Source: Octopus vulgaris
Taxonomy: Eukaryota
Assembly: GCA_951406725.2 (NCBI GenBank)
Contig: OX597829.1
Span: 54,250,001-54,314,000, forward strand
DNA length: 64,000 nucleotides
Direction: 5' to 3'
The notes beneath the pieces were generated by a model. The model was not told the DNA's origin. It worked only from the letters and a program-made list of their open reading frames with translations, and did no database searches. Position numbers and translations under genes: made by a program. Each line of letters starts with the position of its first letter. Position 1 is the first letter of the stretch. Of this stretch, positions 54,386-64,000 are shown in pieces.

Positions 54386-55291
54386 CAGGGTGATTGAAAA
54401 GTAACTCCCTATTTTAAAATACTTATGATTTATTTATTAACTATAATTTTTAGAAAAAACGAATATGTAAAGAAAGTATCATCAGCATCATCATCGTTTA
54501 ACGCCCGTTTTCCATGCTAGCATGGGTTGGACGGTTCGACCGGGATCTGGGAAGCCAGAAGGCTGCACCAGGCTCCAATCTTCATCTGGCAGAGTTTCTA
54601 CAGCTGAATGCCCTTCCTAATGCCAACCACTCCGTGAGTGTAATGGGTGCTTATAGCTTGGAATTTTATTTAAAATTTGATATAGGCATCAGAATTCACC
54701 ATCAGCTTCTGAAGCCGCCTAGGAACCACATCAACTGATTTCATCAGGAACTCTTGTGGAATGCAAGACATAACTTCTCGTATTCACCCTTCAAGTTCTT
54801 CCAAAGTCATTGGTTTGGTAGAGAAGACTTCCTCCTTTAACCAGCCCCAAAGAAAACAGTCGCAAGGTGTTAAATCAGGGCTTCTGGCCAGCCAGTCATG
54901 CGGACCTTGATGAATTGGAAGGACGACCACTTCAAGTATCAGCTACAAATCCTGTAGTCATGAATTTTGCATGGCAATTCTTGATTATCTTTTTACATCA
55001 ACTTGAGCATGTCTTCCTCTAATGGTCCTCCACCATCTTTGCACTTGAACAACTGATCTCCAAACTTCGCAATGTGCAGCTAGCTGTGCACGCTCCTGCA
55101 CAGTAAAACATCCAGCCATGTTTGTAGGACTTCTAAATTTCAAACAAAATAATCAATCTGAAAAAAAAACAACAGCATAGAATCAATTCCCATACATTAA
55201 AGAACATACACAACAAATTTGAGAAAAAAATTATAGTTAATAAATAAATTATAAGCATTTTAAAATAAGGAGTTACTTTCCAATCACCCTG
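54386..55291 (-). mobile_element. Tc1-like element with long TIRs, interrupted by an RTE tail (54478-54652)
   Basis: TA-cagggtgattgaaaagtaactcc ... ggagttactttccaatcaccctg-TA; the minus strand encodes WLARSPDLTPCDCFLWG. Confidence 0.8.
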
Positions 55292-55350
<59 letters not shown>

Positions 55351-55522
55351 GGATCTGGTAGAATGAGGTATTTACAGCATGTATTCTGCAATTGACTATA
55401 ATAAGCTCCAGACCCCACAATGCATGGAGGATTTTTTTTCCTTTCATGACGAAACATTTTTCTTCATTGATAAAGAACACATCTAAAACAACTGTAGTTA
55501 ACCTCATTCATTCTTTGTTTTG

Positions 55523-55565
<43 letters not shown>

Positions 55566-55646
55566 CATAAACACATGTATATCCTTTAATATATTTATGC
55601 CTATCCTCACTCTCTTTTTCTCTCTCTCCCTCTTCCCTTCTCTCTC

Positions 55647-55683
<37 letters not shown>

Positions 55684-55691
<8 letters not shown>

Positions 55692-56142
55692 ATGAGGGTG
55701 TCTAAAAGACACCAACATGCCGAAATAGCAGTCGAAACTCTGACTATAAAACCACATTAAATGTTCATATCGCACCATGAGGTAAAGCGGGGGGACAAAA
55801 CATACAAGCAAAAATTATTGAATAATTCAAGATCCAAGGATTTCTGGTTCTGCTTTAAATAAGCTTTGCCGTCATCAATTGAATATATCAAGGGTACATA
55901 AATACAGATATATATATGCACAGCAAACGATATACTTACACATACGAGCGTCGTACATACATACATATGCACGTATGGACACAGCCAGTTTGGATTGCCC
56001 GCCAAATCACCGCATAATAACGATATGGTTAAAATAAGCTTTACCTCATGGTGCGATATGAACATTTAACGTGGTTTTATAGTCAGAGTTTCGACTGCTA
56101 TTTCGGCATGTTGGTGTCTTTTAGACACCCTCATTTTTAATT
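55684..56142. repeat. 105 bp inverted repeat enclosing a hammerhead motif
   Basis: 55684-55788 versus 56038-56142, one mismatch seen. Confidence 0.85.
55825..55884 (-). ncRNA. Hammerhead motif with AUC cleavage triplet (C3U)
   Basis: AUUCAA-UUGAUGA-cGG...CCa-GAAAU-CC-uu-GG-AUC-UUGAAU. Confidence 0.65.
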
Positions 56143-56286
56143 GTTAAAAAATTTTTTACCTTTGTAAGGTATTTCTTTCATGCTGGCCACTTGATAATTT
56201 CGACACTTAAATATCGATATTATCCTCATATATAAATTTATATATATATATATATATATATATAAATATATATATATAAAGAGTAA

Positions 56287-56797
56287 TATATATATAAAAC
56301 TGTAGTTGTGTGAGTGTCTGTCCCCTTCGATTTAGATTCCTAACTACTCCCACATTTTGCGGTACAGTTTAACCAAATTCAGGTATCTTATGGTCGTGAT
56401 TCATATCGAGCCCGTCTGAGTATTAGCACGTGTCTACGATGAGTCTACGATTTTAAAAATAATTTAACATCATTTTTTATTCCATTTTAATGCATAATTT
56501 TTCGTGTGTCGATGGCGGCGGAGTTGGCGTCCACGCTCACAGCTGCACCTGTTTGCTTCTCCCCCTTCTTTCCTCCTTCGTGAAGCTGTGGGGAAGGGAG
56601 TGTAAGGAAATCAACGTCGTAAAGCGTTGTCAAGGAGACCAGCGTTCTTTTAGAACAACGACTTCATGGTTTGAAGACACCAAAACAGAAATGGCTAAGA
56701 AAGCCCGAATTGGCATCTATAAGGGAAGTAACTCTCTAAAAATGCTTATATAGTTATTTCCCTTACAAACCCGAGCAACGCCGGGCGATACTGCTAG
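56287..56797 (+). mobile_element. Non-autonomous Helitron
   Basis: 5' tatatatataaaa start; 3' GC hairpin cccgagcaacgccggg then CTAG|T. Confidence 0.7.
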
Positions 56798-56814
56798 TAT
56801 ATATATATAAAGAG

Positions 56815-56859
<45 letters not shown>

Positions 56860-56866
<7 letters not shown>

Positions 56867-59285
56867 CTCTTTTGTTTGTTTCAGTTCAAGGACTGTGGCC
56901 ATGCTGGGGCACCCCCATATAGTGTTGCTGCACTTTCATTTAGCCTCCTTTAAGAATTGGCATTCAATGAATAAGGGAGTTTGATGCTGCCACCCACATT
57001 CCTACTCCCAGCAGTGGAGTTGTCTCATCTGCAACTTGTGACAGTAGAAGATCCAGTTTAGTTTTGAGAACATCTACATCCACACCAAGTAGGTCTCTCA
57101 GTTCTTTTGGGAGGATATTGAAGAGCTGTGGGCCCTTGAATCCCAATTTATTGCAATATCTGGTCTTGTATTGAAATAGAAAGTGTAGGATCTTCAGCAC
57201 TATGTGATGGCACCATGTTCAGGTATTAGTATAACTTTTTCAACACCAAAGTTTGGAACAAGTCCTTCCAGGATCTTCCAGATGTATGTTACAGCATATC
57301 TTTCCTGCCTTCATTCTAGGGAGTGAAGTCTCAACCTCTCAAGTTTTTCCCAGCTGCTAAGTTGCTGCATTGAGACTATCTTCTTCATGTAGTTTTGCTA
57401 GATTGCTTTGGGTCCCGTTATTAATTCCACGTCGTGTGATGGTCATAGTTGGAAGCAATAATCAAGATGGCTTGAGACAAATATCCACCAGAGGGCCATC
57501 ATGGTTTCCTGCTCTCTTGTTTTGAAAGTTCTAAGAATCCATCTGGTCAGCCACTAGCATTTCATTGACAATTTTAGTAACATACATATGGAAGGGTGCA
57601 TCACCACTCATGTCAATACCTAGGTCATGCACTGATTGTGATTCTGGATCCACGATCCCTCCAGGTTCAGTGTATTTTGTCTGGATCGCATTTTACTTCG
57701 TCTACTGATAGTGTAAGACTTGAAACATTCCAGCATTAAGCTGCATCTTATTGTCACCAGCGCATCTAACTCTTGCTGCATCTGCATGTCAGCTTCAAGG
57801 TTTTGTATTACCCATGAGACTTTGGTGTCATCTGCATAGCTTGTGAGGTGGCTCTCTGTGTGGATGAAAATCTGAGAGCATCACTATGAACTGTAGTGAC
57901 CCCAAAACAGTGCCCTGTGAGACACCACACGCTATTTGTGTTTCTTTGGAAGTAGCTCCACTGGCCACAATTACCTGATTTCTATCTTTCAGAAAGTCAT
58001 GTAGCCATTCCTAGTTTTCCAGCTATACAGTCTGTGACATCATTTCATGATTGATTTTATCAAAGGCCTTCACAAAGTTGAGCTATATCACATCCACATT
58101 TGAGTGGTTAAGCAGCTGTTTCAATACCCAGTCATAGTGTTGTAAGAGCTGAACCAGGCAGCTTCTTCCTGGTTGAAAACCACAGGAAACCAAGGAATGT
58201 GATTGGTTTCCTTTGGACTATCAATTCCATGACTTTGCTGATACATGAGGTTAGGGAGATAGGCCTATAGCTTTTTGGTATCTGTTTTCCTTCCTCCTTT
58301 ATGAAGACGGCATATTATTCCTTCCTTCAACTTGTCTGGAAGTTTACTACATGCAAAACAACTCTGGAAAAGAGACTGCAGTGGTTTTGCCAAAAGTTGA
58401 GTTCAGGTTTATCTCGTTTATGGCCAGAGTCATATCTTCTTTTATATTGATATAACTGTTACTGCCTCCCTTTTTGCATCTGTAGTGGCAAAGAACTCCA
58501 CAGGTTTGCTGACTTTTGTGTGCCATAAAAGTGGGGGTGTTTCACTTACCTTCATTGGGTTTCCCATGACTGAGCCATCTTTCTAGAGGAGTGGCCCTGC
58601 CCTGCAATGCACTAAGGCAGTTTCTTTAGCAAACTTAGTGAAGGCTTTAGTGTTTGATTTTATATTTTCTATCACCCAAGCTTCTTTGATTCCTCTCTCT
58701 TCATGGGAGTCTTTCAGATTTTCCTCAGCCTCTAGCAGCATCATTTTCAGGCAGGGTTTACCACTGCCATTGAGTTCTTTGTTTTGGCAGTTTGCTATCT
58801 TTGTGTAACATCTCATATGAACTTCTCCTTGCAAATTTTGTTCTTGTGTACAATGATATTTCTCTCCAGGACAAACTTTTAGCATATGACTTGCATTATG
58901 ATCGTGAATTCCTTAAGTTTCATGTCAATGTCAAGAGTGGAATGTCATGGAGGCCAATCCTGTTTGAAGATCTCCTTCTGAACCAATTTCCAGTTTGCTT
59001 ACGAAAGTTCAGACTGGAGACATTTCAAGTGCTTTTCATAGACTCTGGCTACTTTTTGTTCATATATAGTCAACTCTATTATGTTGTGATCTGAGACTAA
59101 CTTTCACATTATGGATGGTATCCATATTGTTTGTGAAGCAGAGATTAAATATATTGTTTACACTGTGTCATAACTGAGAGGAAAAGGCTCACAGGCATTC
59201 CTGTGTTGAAGTCTTCCATTCGAAGTATACTGATGTGTTGTTCTACTTCAGTTAGGAATTCTATTTTAGCAAGGCAGTCTTCAAA
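56860..59285 (-). mobile_element. Old decayed copy of the 31825-34690 LINE family
   Basis: Collinear homology (EAWVIENIKSN, YADD region, LGFKGPQLFNILPK) with many stops. Confidence 0.85.
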
Positions 59286-59286
59286 C

Positions 59287-59320
<34 letters not shown>

Positions 59321-59366
59321 TATATACATACATATGTGTGTGTGTATGTGTGCATGCGTGTGTATA

Positions 59367-59410
<44 letters not shown>

Positions 59411-59454
59411 TACATACATACATATGTGTATGTATGTGTGTGTGTGTGTATGTG

Positions 59455-59486
<32 letters not shown>

Positions 59487-59829
59487 CGTCCAGACCTCTC
59501 ATACGCACTAATACTCTCTCATACACACACACACACACACACACACACCCTTATACATACTAATACATACTAATACATACACCAACCCTATACATACACA
59601 CGTCCAGACCTCTCATACACACTAATACTCTCTCATACACACACACACACCCTCATGTCGGAGCTGGTCATTCAACCCATTATCAACCCTATTATCTCCC
59701 CTTATTTCGCTCTCGCGTCTCATGTTTGATCTTTGACCTCTGGCCGAAATCAGATCGCCATGTTGATTCGTTAGTTACTGCACGCATTTTTTTCTCTCCT
59801 TCTTTCTGTGTTTTTTTTCTCTCTGTGTA

Positions 59830-59867
59830 TCTTTCTGTTGAAGAGCGTAGGCTCGAAACGTAAAAGA
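59830..59867 (+). ncRNA. Minimal hammerhead-like motif, A6U core
   Basis: UCUUU-CUGUUGA-a-GAGC-guag-GCUC-GAAAC-GUA-AAAGA. Confidence 0.6.
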
Positions 59868-59995
59868 CTTGTTTTATTTATATTTCCTGAGCGCCATACT
59901 AATACAATTGTTTGTTTGTTTCCCACCTGCCTTCGTCTTTTGTCTATTTTCATAAAGCTTCCCGTTATACACACACACACACACACATATATATA

Positions 59996-61253
59996 CAGGG
60001 TTTGGTGGGTAAATCATCACCATTTTATATTTTTTATTTCGTGCATGTGCATTGTTTTAGATTTTGTTGACTACACAGTATAGTAGGGTCGACTGGGCAC
60101 TGTCTGTGAGAAAAACAGAACCATCATGCAATTCACTCTGCCAGAAATTGGGAAAATACGAACATTTCAGAGTGTTTGGGTGTCAACATGAGGACAGTGC
60201 AGAGGATTCAGAAAGAGTTGGATGAATTTAATGGTGATTACAAAGGTACAGCAGCTCAAAAAACTCACTCTGATTTTTCTGATAAGAAAGAACTCCTGAA
60301 TTTGTTGGTGAGATCCAGGCCATGATTGACAATGATCCTTCCAAATCAGTCAGGTCCATCACCAAGGACATGGGAGTGTCGGAGTTTCTTATCAGGCAGG
60401 TAGGGCATGAAGACATTCGGTATTCCTCATACAAGAGGAGAAAGGGACAATTTTTATCCCAAGTTATCAACGACAGCAGGAAAGACTGTGCTACAAAGCT
60501 TTTGAACAAATTCAAGCATTGCCATCAACTGAACATGCATTAGTTTTTCTCAGAATTGGAAAATTTATGCCAGGCTTAGATGGTGAATACATAGAACAAC
60601 CATTGACTTTCCGTGTCTCCTAGACATGTACTGAGAGTGATAAAAATCAAACATCCAGTCAACATCATGGTGTTTGGAGTGATTGCTAGTGATGGCGACG
60701 TTATGCTTCCCTTCATCTTCCCACACGGCCTCAGAATCAACATAGAGGCCTACATCAAGTACCTGGAAAAGGTAGTGCTACCCTGAGTCAAGAGGATGGC
60801 TGCTGGAAGACCCTGTGTCTGGCAACAGGACTCTACACCATGCCACACAAGCAGGAGAACAGAGTCATGGCTGTCAGACAATTTCTGCGACCACCTCACC
60901 CCTAACATCAGGCCACCTAACTTCTGAGACTGCAACCCTCTTCATTATTATGTGTGGGGCACAGTTGAGTGAGAGACCAACAAAACTCCTTGTAACACCA
61001 AAGAGGAACTGAAGGCAAGGATTATGGCAGCATTCACCATCTTAAACAAGGAGACCATCCAGAAGGGTTGCAGGAGATTCCAAAGTCGTCTGGAGGCAAT
61101 GGTTGAAGCCAATGGCGATTTTATTGAAGAAATTTATTGTTTAGTATTTCAAGATATTTTTATGTAATTTTGGTAAATATATCTGTTAAAATGAAATGTC
61201 AATGTTATTTTCATTTTTGTGTAATTTAGACGACAATTTTTCACCATACCCTG
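59996..61253 (+). mobile_element. Full-length decayed Tc1/mariner (maT-like) transposon
   Basis: TA-cagggtttggtg ... caccataccctg-TA; KHPVNIMVFGVI, WQQDSTPCH and PPN.xDCNPL motifs. Confidence 0.85.
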
Positions 61254-61291
61254 TATACACACACACACACACATATAATCAAATTTCCCAC

Positions 61292-61355
<64 letters not shown>

Positions 61356-61912
61356 GAATAACTTGGAATCAACAAGAAGGAGTACAGAGGAACATTTATT
61401 TGTTATCCCTACAATTGTTTATATGCAATGTAGTTCTCCTGGTTCATAGGTATTTGGCTTTGTAAGCATTTCCCTGCATTATGAGATCTTGTTGTGTTTC
61501 ATCAGGTGATATATAAATATTGCTTCTGTGTTCCATAAACTCAAATTTTCATCTTTAACTGCATCCTTTCTCTCTGTTGTGGCTATATGAAGTGTGTTTA
61601 CTATATATACATACATACATGCATACGTACATACATACATACATATAAATGGTATTGACAACGATAATGATGCTAACTTTAATGACACTTTGGAAATTAG
61701 TAGGAAGTAATAAAATGCACTATTGACTATGTATATTTGCATCTAGGTACTAATATGTGTATGTTTATTACCACAATATTAAGTTGAAAAACTGAAACAT
61801 TGAATGTGGAACATATATATGTTTACTAATTTGTATTATTTATTTATATCATTATGTATATGTATATTTTTATATGTATAGGAGTGTGAGTATATGCACT
61901 CATATGTATATG

Positions 61913-62045
61913 TATATCTCCGAAGAGGCCTTATGATATTTTTGTAAATGTCTCATTTATATCTATATATTGACCAACCATAAAAGGCTAATATTGGTAA
62001 AATGAGACATACTTATCTACATGGCCGAAACAGCTGTAAGATGTA
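61913..62045 (+). ncRNA. Type I hammerhead motif with ~92 nt structured stem II insert (U4C core)
   Basis: UAUAUCU-CCGAAGA-GGCC-[92 nt including augucucauuu/aaaugagacau]-GGCC-GAAAC-agcu-GUA-AGAUGUA. Confidence 0.8.
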
Positions 62046-62288
62046 ATCTATACTTATATTTATATTTACTTACATTTATATTCTCTTTTTTATATATATT
62101 CTACTTATTATACAACATTACTCTTTTATGTACACTTTTTTATGCACATTCCTTTATGTACACTGATTTGTTCTGCTTTTTTATGTTTAACCCTACAGTC
62201 TCTTATGTGGTGGTTTAATAAAATATGTGATTGAGTATTATCTGGTAATTGATATTTGATTTAGATGCATTTCTCCATTTTCTTATCT

Positions 62289-62399
<111 letters not shown>

Positions 62400-62616
62400 A
62401 TATATATATGTATGTATATATGTATGTGTGTATGTATATATATATATATGTATGTATGTATATATATATATGTATGTATATATGTATGTGTGTATGTATA
62501 TATATATATATATGTATGTATATATATATATATATGTATGTATATATGTATGTGTGTATGTATATATATATATGTATGTATATATATATATATATGTATG
62601 TATATATGTATGTGTG

Positions 62617-62669
<53 letters not shown>

Positions 62670-62687
62670 GTATGTATGTATGTATGT

Positions 62688-63247
62688 CATCATCATCATC
62701 ATCATCGTTTAACGTCCGCTTTCCATGTTACCATGGGTTGGACGATTTTGACTGAGGGCTGGCGAACCAGATGGCTGCACCAGGCTCCAGTCTTGATTTG
62801 GCAGAGTTTCTACAGCTGGATGCCCTTCGTAACGCCAACCACTCCAAGAGTGTAGTGGGTGCTTTTACGTGCCAATGGCACGAGGGCCGGTAAGGTGGTT
62901 CTGGCAACGGCCATGCTCAAAAGGTGTTTTTTACATGTCACCTGCATGGGAGCCAGTCTGGCGGCACTGGCAACGACCACGCTCGAATGTTGTTTTTCAC
63001 GTGCCACCAGCACATGTTATGGTAAAGCTACACTGGTAACAATCATGCTTGAATGGTGCTATTTGTGTGCCACCAGCATGGGAACCAATTTGTGGCCCTG
63101 GCAATGATCTTGCTTGGATGTGCTTTTAACATTCCACTGTCACAAGTGCCAATCAGGTGTAACTGTCATCGGCCATGTCAGCGATTTTGATTTGATTTCA
63201 CTTGCCTCAGTAGGTCTTAGCAAGCAAAGTTTATTGTCCAATGAATG
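62688..63247 (-). mobile_element. RTE 3' UTR and tail
   Basis: Same subfamily as 5766-6290. Confidence 0.85.
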
Positions 63248-63291
<44 letters not shown>

Positions 63292-63633
63292 TCATACACA
63301 CATATATATTTATACAGAAATAACACATATTTATACACAAACACAGAGCAGGAGTGAGTCAGCAATAAATTCATGTAGAAAATAAATGATATTATCATTA
63401 TTTGTGCATGTGATTTTTGTTATTTGTTCATGTGGACGTGGGTGTTGACCACACTCTTATTCTGTTGTGTAAACCGATACAAAATGAAACGCTTACAGAC
63501 TCAGAGAAGCAGAAAATCTATACTCTTTGTATTTGTTCACGTGTGTTTGTTCGTGTGTACATATCTGTGTGTTTGTATGCTTATTTATATGTATATGTCC
63601 TTATATTTATGTAAGTATATATATATATATATA

Positions 63634-64000
63634 TCAATTAAGGGTATGAAGCCAGGAAAAGTAGATAAAGCAATTAAGGGTATAAATTAAGGGTATGAAT
63701 GCAGGAAAAGCCCCCGGCCCATCAGCAATCACTGCTGAGATGCTTAAAACATCTGGTGGTGTGGGCTATGGCCTAGTCACCCGCATTGTAAACCAGGTAG
63801 TTCACAATGGAGTCATACCCAATGACTGGTGTAGCAGCACCATAGTCAACTGCTACAAGGGTAAGGGTGATGCTCTAGATAGAAATAACTACAGGGGTAT
63901 TAAACTGTTGGATCAGGTGATGAAGGTCACAGAGAGGGTCATAACCCATCTCATTAGGGAGAGAATTTGCTTAGATGAGATGAAGTTCGGTTTTGTGCCG
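63634..64000 (+). mobile_element. RTE LINE RT N-terminal part, running off the window
   Basis: Homologous to 36081-36407; short local duplications at its 5' junction. Confidence 0.85.

Overview
AT-rich, repeat-dense animal genomic DNA. The tRNA-derived SINE, RTE-LINE and (TA)n repertoire suggests an octopus; this is an inference, not a database check. The only host gene I can support is PGAM5 (mitochondrial Ser/Thr phosphatase), with four + strand coding exons (4661-4833, 10938-11152, 13302-13432, 20036-20186) that splice in frame; its N-terminal exon is not in the window. The rest is transposon-derived: RTE LINEs with a PHD finger inside the RT, CR1/L2-group LINEs, an R4/Dong remnant, a Penelope-like element (RT + GIY-YIG), Tc1/mariner, piggyBac-type, Helitron and Helentron pieces. 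A ~20 kb nest (29.6-49.1 kb) consists of fragments separated by (TA)n arrays. The main hidden signal, invisible in the ORF track, is about 20 type I hammerhead-ribozyme motifs from roughly ten sequence families, found by eye. They sit in short non-coding units arranged as foldbacks, terminally redundant monomers (363 and 504 nt) or circular permutations. Several have compensated or recurrent core variants (U3-A8, U4C, A6U), and one family is fused to a tRNA-like Pol III head. Together they look like a diverse non-autonomous Penelope/retrozyme system. Most ORF-track entries are microsatellite or antisense-LINE noise.
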